A DNA stretch of 20,000 nucleotides, from the IMG/VR virus record IMGVR_UViG_3300042310_000554; one strand, 5' to 3'. Below are positions 1-7,830 of this stretch, in pieces. How positions within the stretch are numbered: the first letter of the stretch is position 1; each line of letters starts with the position of its first letter. Origin of the DNA: an uncultured virus (IMG/VR IMGVR_UViG_3300042310_000554). Taxonomy: Duplodnaviria; Heunggongvirae; Uroviricota; Caudoviricetes. The notes beneath the pieces were generated by a model, which saw only the letters and a list, made by a program, of their open reading frames with translations, was not told where the DNA came from and ran no database searches. The translations under genes were made by a program, and so were the position numbers.

Positions 1-92
1 GTTTCTACTTTATCTTCTTGTGAGTTCCAAAATTTAGGATTTAGTTCATCTTGTAATCTAAAACTGGATAATATACTTTTTAAATTGCTCAT
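1..92 (-). CDS. 5' part of a hypothetical phage protein (MSNLKSILSSFRLQDELNPKFW...), continues beyond the left edge
   Basis: ATG at 92-90 on the minus strand, open frame to the window edge, TATTTATA motif just upstream (97-104). Confidence 0.6.
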   Translation of the reverse strand, partial: MSNLKSILSSFRLQDELNPKFWNSQEDKVE

Positions 93-122
93 TAACTATA
101 AATACTTAAATATTTATAATTG

Positions 123-365
123 TTACAATTTTTTGTATTTGAACACCTTTGAAATATCTGTGGTAAAAAACTTACCCTGTGATTCTGCCATTCTGAATTT
201 TGTATATACATTATGAGGAACTGCCTCATACTCGTATTTCATACCATTTTTAAATTCAGCGATTAATTTTTTAGTTTCTGTATCGTATTCAGTTTTTACG
301 ATATTTGTTGACTCAATTTCGTTAATAATTTTAGTCCCGTCTATTGTTTCTTTTTTTATTGCCAT
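123..365 (-). CDS. KTSC domain protein
   Basis: 80 aa; pattern S-x-I...Y-D...L-x-x-E-F-x-x-G-x-x-Y-x-Y-x-x-VP...Y-x-x-F-x-x-A-x-S-x-G-x-FF typical of KTSC. Confidence 0.85.
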   Translation of the reverse strand: MAIKKETIDGTKIINEIESTNIVKTEYDTETKKLIAEFKNGMKYEYEAVPHNVYTKFRMAESQGKFFTTDISKVFKYKKL

Positions 366-663
366 TTTTTAAAGGTGTTTCTAAATCAATTATTTGTAAT
401 TTATCCATAAGATAATCGTTAAACTCATTATTATCAACATCACCAAAAAAACTTCTTAATTCTGAATAAACATTATCCTTTAATGTTGAGAATTTTTGAA
501 AATTTCTCAATATATCATCCGGATAATATGGGGGACTTTTAATATCCTCATCCGACCAACCCTCTCGTTGGAAAGCCAATCTAATGTTTCTATAAGTCTC
601 TGTTAGTTCATTATCAATACCTAAAGTATTAATATATTTCATCCAAGCATGTTTATAATCCAT
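331..663 (-). CDS. Hypothetical protein (110 aa, likely start MDYKHAW)
   Basis: The ORF-track extension to 855 overlaps clpC and its promoters; ATG at 663 is preceded by TATTTATA (667-674). Confidence 0.65.
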   Translation of the reverse strand: MDYKHAWMKYINTLGIDNELTETYRNIRLAFQREGWSDEDIKSPPYYPDDILRNFQKFSTLKDNVYSELRSFFGDVDNNEFNDYLMDKLQIIDLETPLKNGNKKRNNRRD

Positions 664-688
664 TTTTATAAATATATTAAAAAAATGT

Positions 689-719
689 TTTGGTAATTCA
701 AAAATATGTATTACTTTTG
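689..719 (+). promoter_or_regulatory. Bacteroidetes primary-sigma promoter for clpC
   Basis: TTTG (689-692), 19 nt spacer, TACTTTTG (712-719); matches the -33/-7 consensus TTTG-N19-21-TAnnTTTG. Confidence 0.7.
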
Positions 720-775
720 TCCAATCATTTGAAATAATGAAATTAACCCTTATACTTAAATAAAACAAATTAATT

Positions 776-2827
776 ATGATAGAATCTATGGATGGTAACG
801 AAGGAAGAGGTAAGAACACAAGTGTTTCCGAATCAGCAACACCAGTGTTAGACAATTTTAGTCGAGATTTAATAAAATTGGCTGAAGAAGGGAAATTAGA
901 CCCTGTTATTGGTAGAGAAAGTGAAATAACGAGAATTGCCCAAATTCTTTCTCGTAGAAAGAAAAATAACCCAATTATTATTGGAGAACCTGGTTGTGGT
1001 AAAACCGCAATCGTTGAGGGTCTTGCAATTAAAATCTATAATGGGGATTGTCCAAGAAACTTAATGGACAAAAGAATTGTATCGTTAGATATGACATCAA
1101 TCGTTGCCGGAACAAAGTATCGTGGTCAATTTGAAGAACGAATGAAAGTAATTATAGAAGAATTACAAAACGCACCAAACATCATCGTATTCATTGATGA
1201 GATTCATACCATCGTTGGAGCCGGAAATTCATCAGGGTCAATGGATGCATCAAACATCTTTAAACCAGCTCTTGCTCGTGGGGAAATCCAATGTGTTGGA
1301 GCAACAACATTAGATGAATATAGAAAAAACTTTGAAAAAGATGGAGCGTTAGAAAGACGTTTTCAAAAAGTTGTTGTTGATTCACCAAGCAAAGAAGAGA
1401 CATTACTTATCTTGGAAAACTCAAAAGATAAATACGAATCTTACCATAAGGTAACCTATTCCAACGAGATTTTAAATCTATGTGTTGATTTAGCGGAAAG
1501 ATATATCACCGATAGAGAATTTCCGGATAAAGCGTTTGACATCTTGGATGAGGTTGGCGCAAGAAGTCAGGTAGAGATTAAAACTCCGGACTCAATAGAA
1601 AAGTTGAAACTCCAAGCGTTTGATATTAAACAACAAAAAATGGATGTTGTTAAACGACAAGATTATGAGGAAGCCGCAAATCTTCGTGATAAAGAAAAAA
1701 GAGTCTTAAATAAACTTGAATCTGAAAAGAAAAAGTTTGAAGAGGAACTTCTTACAAATAAAAAAGAAATCACCATTGATTTGGTTTATGAGGTTGTATC
1801 CAATATTACCAAAATTCCAATTACCAAATTAAACTCTGATGAGACTAAATTATTATCCGAAATGGAAGTTAATTTATCGGATAAAGTTATTGGACAATCC
1901 GATGCAGTTTCAAAAATTGCTAAGTCAATTAGAAGAAGTAGAATTGGGATTAAAGACCCAAACAAACCAATTGGTTCATTTATCTTTTTAGGGTCAACCG
2001 GTGTTGGTAAAACATATCTGGCAAAACAACTCGCCAAACAAATGTTCGGTAGTGAGGATAATATGATTCGTGTGGATATGTCAGAATACCAAGAAAAACA
2101 TACCATATCAAGATTAATCGGAGCACCTAGCGGATATGTTGGTTATGAAGATGGTGGACAACTAACCGAACAGGTTAAAAATAAACCATATTCTGTTATT
2201 CTATTTGATGAGGTTGAGAAAGCTCATAAAGATATTTTCTCCACACTTCTTCAAGTATTGGATGAAGGACACCTAACCGATAGTTTAGGTAAGAAAATCA
2301 ATTTCAAAAATTGTGTGATTATTATGACCTCAAATGTTGGAGCAAAAAAATTACAAGATTTTGGTTCAGGTGTTGGTTTTAAAACTGGGTCAAGTACCTA
2401 TGTTGAGGAAGAATATCGTAGAGATGTTTTGAAAAAGGAATTAAAGAAATTCTTTACTCCGGAATTTTTAAATCGTGTAGACGAGATTGTAATCTTTAAT
2501 TCTTTAGTGAAAGAAGATGTTAAAAAAATCGTGAAATTAGAATTGGACATCTTAACTAATAGATTAATTGGAATGAAATACGACATCACTTTTGATGGTA
2601 GTGTTTTAGATTTAATATCTGATGTTGGATTTGATGAGACTTACGGAGCAAGACCAATTAAACGAGCTATCCAAGACAAACTTGAGGATTTTGTATCAGA
2701 GGAGATTATAAAAGGAAATGTGGTTGAAAACACCCCATACACGATTATCTCTGTGGATAAAGAAATTAAATTTCAAGAGGTTGTAGAAGTTGTGAAAAAG
2801 ACAAGAAAGAAAAAGGGGGATGTATAA
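776..2827 (+). CDS. clpC: ClpC-like AAA+ unfoldase lacking the N-terminal Clp-repeat domain
   Basis: Two AAA modules (GEPGCGKT/IVFIDEIH; GSTGVGKT/ILFDEVEK), GTKYRGQFEER pore loop, short UVR-type middle domain (QDYEEAANLRD), VGF ClpP-docking loop. Confidence 0.92.
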   Translation: MIESMDGNEGRGKNTSVSESATPVLDNFSRDLIKLAEEGKLDPVIGRESEITRIAQILSRRKKNNPIIIGEPGCGKTAIVEGLAIKIYNGDCPRNLMDKRIVSLDMTSIVAGTKYRGQFEERMKVIIEELQNAPNIIVFIDEIHTIVGAGNSSGSMDASNIFKPALARGEIQCVGATTLDEYRKNFEKDGALERRFQKVVVDSPSKEETLLILENSKDKYESYHKVTYSNEILNLCVDLAERYITDREFPDKAFDILDEVGARSQVEIKTPDSIEKLKLQAFDIKQQKMDVVKRQDYEEAANLRDKEKRVLNKLESEKKKFEEELLTNKKEITIDLVYEVVSNITKIPITKLNSDETKLLSEMEVNLSDKVIGQSDAVSKIAKSIRRSRIGIKDPNKPIGSFIFLGSTGVGKTYLAKQLAKQMFGSEDNMIRVDMSEYQEKHTISRLIGAPSGYVGYEDGGQLTEQVKNKPYSVILFDEVEKAHKDIFSTLLQVLDEGHLTDSLGKKINFKNCVIIMTSNVGAKKLQDFGSGVGFKTGSSTYVEEEYRRDVLKKELKKFFTPEFLNRVDEIVIFNSLVKEDVKKIVKLELDILTNRLIGMKYDITFDGSVLDLISDVGFDETYGARPIKRAIQDKLEDFVSEEIIKGNVVENTPYTIISVDKEIKFQEVVEVVKKTRKKKGDV

Positions 2828-2844
2828 TCCCCCCTTTAAATACC

Positions 2845-2879
2845 AAAAAAATAACCCCACCTTTCGGAGGGGTTTTTTA
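2845..2879. terminator. Bidirectional intrinsic terminator between the convergent clpC and peptidase genes
   Basis: A-tract, AACCCC-aCC-TTTC-GGa-GGGGTT, T-tract; a second hairpin AAAGGGGGA/TCCCCCCTTT spans the clpC stop (2812-2837). Confidence 0.75.
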
Positions 2880-2880
2880 T

Positions 2881-3702
2881 TTAAAACTTATAAAAATATT
2901 TTGAATCTGTTTTATAAAGATATTTTTTATACCCCAAATCCTGAATCATCTTTTTACCGGTCTCTATTCCACTATAAACATCCTCAACAACCACATATTC
3001 ATTTTTAGTGTGATAGTCGTAATAACCTATCGCAAAATTGATACAGGAGAAGTCAAAAATGTTTTTTAAAGCATAAACATCGGTATAAGGATGTGATTGG
3101 TAATCGTGTCTACCCTGAAACCCCTCGTTTAAAGCAACATCACAAATTTTAAAGAACTCCCCATCTCTATCAAATAGTTGAGTTCCCATACAAAATTCAC
3201 TAACCATAACATTTCCTGGAGCATCAAACTGAATCCCATAACCAACATTCATAAAGAAGTCAGGACTTGCTTTTTTGGACCCGTGACATCCGGTTTCTTC
3301 TGATACGAAGAATGCCGCCTTTAGATTTGGTAATTCTTTTAATAATTCCAAACAAGCATAAACACCACATTTATCATCACCACCAATTCCGGTTGGATTT
3401 CCAAAATCGTTAAACGCCTTTAATGATGGTTTTAATTCATTCTGCTCATTTACGGAAAATATCTCACGAACATTAATCGTGTCTATGTTATGAACCGTAT
3501 CTGTATGAGCAATAACACAGGGAAAATAATCTATAAATTCGTCTGTTTGTTTTGTTGCGTAGATATTATTATGTTCATCCACATTGAAGGGAATCCCATT
3601 TTCCTCTAACCAATTGATTAGAAATTCTACCATAAGGTCTTCTTGATATGTTTTTGTCGGAACCGACAATACATCTTTTAATAATTGATAATTTCTTTCC
3701 AT
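2881..3702 (-). CDS. M20/M28-family zinc metallopeptidase
   Basis: Motifs AHTDTV, GGDDKCG, SEETGCHGS, FD and YHT characteristic of Zn exopeptidases. Confidence 0.85.
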   Translation of the reverse strand: MERNYQLLKDVLSVPTKTYQEDLMVEFLINWLEENGIPFNVDEHNNIYATKQTDEFIDYFPCVIAHTDTVHNIDTINVREIFSVNEQNELKPSLKAFNDFGNPTGIGGDDKCGVYACLELLKELPNLKAAFFVSEETGCHGSKKASPDFFMNVGYGIQFDAPGNVMVSEFCMGTQLFDRDGEFFKICDVALNEGFQGRHDYQSHPYTDVYALKNIFDFSCINFAIGYYDYHTKNEYVVVEDVYSGIETGKKMIQDLGYKKYLYKTDSKYFYKF

Positions 3703-3743
3703 AGCACAAATATAGGGAAAATAATTAACATAAAAACATTATT

Positions 3744-5105
3744 TTAATTTATTCTAACAAAACCCTCAAATAATTCGGGTGAAACTAAAAAGTTATTAAA
3801 TTCTTCTTCGGTATAACTTCTACGAGCAACACCAGTTTTAGTGAAAACATCCATGTGTATTCTATTTGTTTCGGGGTCAATTTCTCTAATAAAAAATTCT
3901 CTACCATACGAAGTCTTACTTCTAGTGTTAGTCGGGTATTTAGAGACAACTCTATCGTAGATATTTGAATATTCTAAAATATCAACATACTTATCGGATT
4001 CTTCTAATTCCTCAAGTATTTCATCTAATTCTTCCCCTATAACAATATTAAGTCGTTCTTCATCAAAATCATCACATTGTATTTCATATCTATATTCATC
4101 CCATCCACCAGTGTTAAATGTGTGTCCGATATCTGTTAAAACACCCTTAATGTCTTTAGTGGGGTCTTGACTAATCTTAAACATTGATAATAAAAGACCG
4201 ACAGTGGTATAATAAGTTCTAAAACAATCTATATTTATTAACCCATAATTTTGAAAAATTTCACAAATTTCATCCTTAATTTGTTTTTTAGCATCATCGT
4301 GACGACACCCATTTTCAAGGTCTACATACTCTTCTAAGATATTTTCAATTTTACCCTCAAACATTTCCATCAATTTTTGAGCCGCCACTTCTTTCTTATC
4401 ATCATCATCTAACAAAATTAAATCAGGTGAAATATATTTTAAAATTTGTTTTAATTTACCCTTATTTTCATCTGAAAACCACCCGAAAAAATACCCCCCA
4501 TGCCAATCATCGGCGGCTATATTATAATCAACATAATCATATGTGTCGCCGTAATATGAAAATAATCTATCCACATAATAAACATCTTCTTCTTCAACCT
4601 GAAATAATTTAACATAATCCGAAATTTCATCAAAACGTAATTTGATTGTACTTTTACCTGGATTTTTTTCATTGTAATTAAATTTATAAACTAAATCGTC
4701 AGCACCTTCCATTTCATTAGATGACACCGGTTCACCATTCTTAACCTTAACCAATAATTCATAAATTGGACTATAACCAATTATGGGTTCAAGTTCCGAT
4801 TTAACTTCATCAGGTAACTCATAAAATAATTCTTTCCTATCAATAAGTCTATATCTCATAGCCTCACTACCCAAATAAAGTATTTCATTATCGGGACCTT
4901 TATGAATAACATATATTTGGATAGGTTCTTTATCTTTATCAATAATAAAGTAAGTATTTCCATCCCGAAATTCATCCCATTTAGATTTTATCGAAGGAGG
5001 AGCGTAATATATAAAAGAATCGTAATCCATTGGTTCAACAATTAACCAATCGTCATTGTCAAATATTGTTTTAAATTCCCCGTGAGAGTCGTTTTTATCG
5101 GGCAT
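3744..5105 (-). CDS. Hypothetical acidic phage protein (453 aa)
   Basis: Long ORF, no recognised motif, TATTTAT upstream (5123-5129). Confidence 0.75.
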   Translation of the reverse strand: MPDKNDSHGEFKTIFDNDDWLIVEPMDYDSFIYYAPPSIKSKWDEFRDGNTYFIIDKDKEPIQIYVIHKGPDNEILYLGSEAMRYRLIDRKELFYELPDEVKSELEPIIGYSPIYELLVKVKNGEPVSSNEMEGADDLVYKFNYNEKNPGKSTIKLRFDEISDYVKLFQVEEEDVYYVDRLFSYYGDTYDYVDYNIAADDWHGGYFFGWFSDENKGKLKQILKYISPDLILLDDDDKKEVAAQKLMEMFEGKIENILEEYVDLENGCRHDDAKKQIKDEICEIFQNYGLINIDCFRTYYTTVGLLLSMFKISQDPTKDIKGVLTDIGHTFNTGGWDEYRYEIQCDDFDEERLNIVIGEELDEILEELEESDKYVDILEYSNIYDRVVSKYPTNTRSKTSYGREFFIREIDPETNRIHMDVFTKTGVARRSYTEEEFNNFLVSPELFEGFVRIN

Positions 5106-5137
5106 AGATATTTATTTTAATAATAAATATATTTTTA

Positions 5138-5168
5138 TTTGGAATTATCTAAAAATGTATTATCTTTG
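5138..5168 (+). promoter_or_regulatory. Bacteroidetes-type promoter for tmRNA
   Basis: TTTG (5138-5141), 19 nt spacer, TATCTTTG (5161-5168), 14 nt upstream of the mature 5' end. Confidence 0.75.
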
Positions 5169-5182
5169 TAGAGTTAAAATAT

Positions 5183-5598
5183 GGGAGTGACACGGAATTG
5201 ACTATTCGTAATAGTTATTCGGGGCACGTAGTGAGATGTTCTCTATCACTTAAATCTATGGGTACAACAATTTAGACGGAAACGTTTTAAACAAAATGGC
5301 TCTATTAGGTCTTGTACGTCAAGATGAGCTTGTGAACGTAGCGTAAGCAAACACACATTGGGGTCGACAGACAGATGTACCTAGCAACAGAACTGTCTTA
5401 AGGTGTAATACCACCAGAAGATGTATTAGGAGTCTCGTTCAGGGGTCTACTCCAACACAAGTGAACCCGACACAGTTATTGGTGACGATGTCAAAATAGG
5501 AACCAAATATTTGTCAGTTGAGAATTAACTGAATAAACGTGTAGTCCTTAATAGGTAATACAAGTAACACCGGGGTTCGAGTCCCCGCACTTCCACCA
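5183..5598 (+). ncRNA. ssrA: tmRNA (one-piece, 416 nt); tag frame 5278-5346 encodes (A)GNVLNKMALLGLVRQDELVNVA
   Basis: 5' GGGAGTGA...GGAATTGAC; acceptor stem GGGAGTG/CACTTCC with G3.U70; T-arm CGGGG-TTCGAGT-CCCCG; encoded ACCA end; TAGAC before the GGA resume codon; smpB nearby. Confidence 0.95.
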
Positions 5599-5602
5599 AA
5601 AG

Positions 5603-5630
5603 AAAAACCCATCATACGATGGGTTTTTTT
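5603..5630. terminator. Bidirectional intrinsic terminator downstream of tmRNA
   Basis: AAAAACCCATC-ATAC-GATGGGTTTTTTT. Confidence 0.85.
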
Positions 5631-5654
5631 GTTATCAGTTCAAATGTTTATTTT

Positions 5655-6020
5655 TTAATCTTTTAATACTTGTTTATCCCCAACCGGAGATGTAAATTTA
5701 TTTGTTAATTTATCTAATCTTGAATCAAAATTTCTATATACGTCTCCAAACATTTTATCAACGTCATCCATTCTTTTGTTGGTGTATGTATTTGCTTCAG
5801 TATATAATCTATCAACCCTATCAATCTCACCATCAATACGACGATTGAGAGAATCACCACCACTATTAATATCATTGAAGATATGTCCTTGAACTTGTTC
5901 TAATTGTTTGCATTTATTTTTTAATCTGTTAATCTGATTGCACATTATAACCATAACCACAACTCCCAGTACCCCGAGAACCAAACCTATACCCATAATG
6001 AACGATGTTAAATCTACCAT
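5655..6020 (-). CDS. Hypothetical membrane-anchored coiled-coil protein
   Basis: N-terminal hydrophobic helix (FIMGIGLVLGVLGVVVMVIM) followed by heptad-like repeats. Confidence 0.75.
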   Translation of the reverse strand: MVDLTSFIMGIGLVLGVLGVVVMVIMCNQINRLKNKCKQLEQVQGHIFNDINSGGDSLNRRIDGEIDRVDRLYTEANTYTNKRMDDVDKMFGDVYRNFDSRLDKLTNKFTSPVGDKQVLKD

Positions 6021-6069
6021 AATTTCTTTTTTTTATTTGTTTATTATTGAACTGATGATTAAGTATAAT

Positions 6070-6098
6070 AAAAAAAGGGACTATTTCAAGTCCCTTTT
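6070..6098 (-). terminator. Intrinsic terminator overlapping the smpB stop
   Basis: AAAAGGGACT/AGTCCCTTTT inverted repeat followed by a T-tract on the minus strand. Confidence 0.7.
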
Positions 6099-6518
6099 CA
6101 TATCTCTCTCTATGTCCCGAGATTTGATGGTATCTCGTTTATCGTGTATCTTCTTCCCTTTGGCAAGAGCAATTTCCATCTTAATCAATCCGGTGTCGTT
6201 TATGAAGACGCGATAAGGAACGATTGTGGTACCATTGATTAACTCATTCTCCAACTTAATAAGTTCTTTTCGTTTGGCTAATAGTTTTCTATCCTTTACG
6301 GTCTCGTGGAACGACCCAAACCCATAATCGGAGATGTTCATCCCCTTTATAAATAACTCCCCGTCATTAAAATAACAATACCCTTCAGAGATGGATACCT
6401 TCCCCTGACGAATGGACTTTACCTCTGAACCAACTAGTTTGATTCCCACAATTAGTGTCTGTAGGAATGAATACTCAAACTTGGCTTTCTTATTGACTAT
6501 GTTAATTGATTTTTTCAT
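6081..6518 (-). CDS. smpB: SsrA-binding protein SmpB
   Basis: NKKAKFEY, GIKLVGSEVKSIR, RKLL and the C-terminal tail LAKGKKIHDKR. Confidence 0.96.
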   Translation of the reverse strand: MKKSINIVNKKAKFEYSFLQTLIVGIKLVGSEVKSIRQGKVSISEGYCYFNDGELFIKGMNISDYGFGSFHETVKDRKLLAKRKELIKLENELINGTTIVPYRVFINDTGLIKMEIALAKGKKIHDKRDTIKSRDIERDMKRDLK

Positions 6519-6522
6519 AGGA

Positions 6523-6553
6523 CAAAGATAATATAAAAATTGATATAAACAAA
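6523..6553 (-). promoter_or_regulatory. Bacteroidetes-type promoter for smpB (probably leaderless mRNA)
   Basis: TTTG (6553-6550), 19 nt spacer, TATCTTTG (6530-6523), 4 nt before ATG. Confidence 0.75.
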
Positions 6554-6583
6554 AAAAGGTGACACAAATTAATGTATCACCTT
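6551..6583 (-). terminator. Intrinsic terminator closing the large ncRNA
   Basis: AAGGTGATACA-TTAATT-TGTGTCACCTT plus T-tract on the minus strand (the U.G wobble forms only in this orientation). Confidence 0.8.
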
Positions 6584-6584
6584 C

Positions 6585-7473
6585 TTGGCTTAATACGATG
6601 AGAATACTCGTCTTATTGAGAATCTTCGGAAGGATTATTGTTTCCCTTCGTTTCCACCATCTTTTGAATGGTAATCCTCATTGCCGATTGGTTAGACCAA
6701 TCACTCCTTGAGATATCATCTACTCTCTCATTATTCAACTCTCTTTAACCTTGCGAGCTAACTCAGGATTCGACTCCTTAGAGGTTTTTGGCGAGAATAC
6801 ATTCAGACTTGCGGTCATCCTGTGCAACGAACGGCTCGTTACTATGTAGGCAACTTGTCGACGATACCTGGTAAACATTTTTGCTATTGTCTATTTAGTT
6901 TTTCACCATATGAAAATAGTTAATGTGTTGTGGATGTATTCAGGAAGTAGTTTACCGTAAGCTCCCTAACCTTTTGGGTTAAAGAATACTAAACTTCCCG
7001 ATGAGATATCCCTATCTCCAAATTTCAAGAATTCTTCAAATCAATATCTTGGTAGATATTTGATAGGGATAAAGTCAGCACCACCTGTTACTTAATCTTG
7101 CCTTTCGGCGTTAAGATTCCTTTAATTTTGGAACTCGCAATCATAAGGTTGGATAACCTTACTTCTCACATAATCCCTATGAATTATTTTTATTGGTGTT
7201 CCCACCTCAAACAGACAACCCACATTGCCTATTCAGTTTTCCATTTCCCTACGAAGTCATCCTCGGTACTACAGGCTCACTGATATTTCACTTGCTTACT
7301 CGAGTTCGGTTTCCCAAACCCCAAAATTAGTAACACAACTAATTTCGGTTTAATCCTCATTTCTGAGTTTATTTAAAGATGATAAGCCACCTATTATCTT
7401 TGATACAACACCGAAGTGTTATAATGGATAATCTAAAATTTCTAAGAACGTCTTTAAGGTTTCCCTTAATTGT
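6585..7473 (-). ncRNA. Large (~890 nt) structured non-coding RNA, GOLLD-like candidate
   Basis: No credible ORF; dedicated promoter and terminator; at least 12 hairpins, several with GNRA or cUUCGg loops and G.U pairs on the minus strand; adjacent to tRNA-like genes. Family assignment is not verified. Confidence 0.8.
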
Positions 7474-7477
7474 TTTA

Positions 7478-7508
7478 CAAAGGTAAGTGATTTTTTTCTA
7501 AAGTCAAA
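7478..7508 (-). promoter_or_regulatory. Bacteroidetes-type promoter driving the large ncRNA
   Basis: TTTG (7508-7505), 19 nt spacer, TACCTTTG (7485-7478). Confidence 0.78.
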
Positions 7509-7543
7509 CACTTTTGTAATTTTTTTTAATTTATTTTCTATCT

Positions 7544-7615
7544 TTATTCGGAATCATTTATTTTAATTCCAAAAAATATAAAGACTACAGCTACAACTAT
7601 AAAACATACTATCAT
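7544..7615 (-). CDS. Possible 23-aa membrane micropeptide MIVCFIVVAVVFIFFGIKINDSE
   Basis: ATG after an A-rich leader, a single hydrophobic stretch, TAA stop; too short for the ORF track. Confidence 0.4.
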   Translation of the reverse strand: MIVCFIVVAVVFIFFGIKINDSE

Positions 7616-7633
7616 AATTTTTTTTTAAAAAAT

Positions 7634-7729
7634 AAAATGTGTTGTGTAAGCTCTACCACTGCAGCTAAACCTTGGTCACCAGGATTACGGTTGTTGGAAT
7701 CGAACCAACGACTCTACACGACACATTTT
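7634..7729 (-). ncRNA. Circularly permuted tRNA mimic (YrlA/Y-RNA-like) #2
   Basis: Terminal stem AAAATGTGTCGTGTA/TACACAACACATTTT; then GAGTC, T-arm GTTGG-TTCGATT-CCAAC, closed acceptor-like stem AACC...GGTT, TA, D-arm GCT-GCAGTGGTAG-AGC. Confidence 0.75.
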
Positions 7730-7731
7730 TG

Positions 7732-7822
7732 TGGTATCAGATGGGCTCGAACCACCGGCACAGAGACTTTCGGGACTCCTGCTCTACCAAGGGAAATAAA
7801 TCTCCCACTGAGCTATAATACC
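7732..7822 (-). tRNA. Atypical tRNA or tRNA-like RNA (Phe-like body, aberrant anticodon loop, D-loop hairpin insertion)
   Basis: Acceptor GGTATTA/TGATACC+A; D-stem GCTC/GAGC with a 16-nt insert GGGAGATTTATTTCCC; anticodon arm GGAGT-CCCGAAAG-TCTCT; T-arm GGTGG-TTCGAGC-CCATC; no encoded CCA. Confidence 0.65.
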
Positions 7823-7830
7823 ATATAAAA

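Noticed and set aside
664..855. N-terminal extension of ORF 331-855
   Set aside because: Overlaps the clpC start and promoters on the opposite strand; ATG 663 is the better start
1786..3008. ORFs 1786-2106, 2398-2589 and 2820-3008
   Set aside because: Antisense overlaps of clpC or the peptidase
7098..7283. 61-aa plus-strand ORF inside the large ncRNA
   Set aside because: TTG start, antisense to the promoter and terminator unit, no protein-like features
6585..7473. RNase P RNA, group I/II intron or rRNA fragment as the identity of the large RNA
   Set aside because: No GAGGAAAGUCC P4 motif, no group II domain V, no flanking exons, no rRNA signature recognised; it is a free-standing transcription unit
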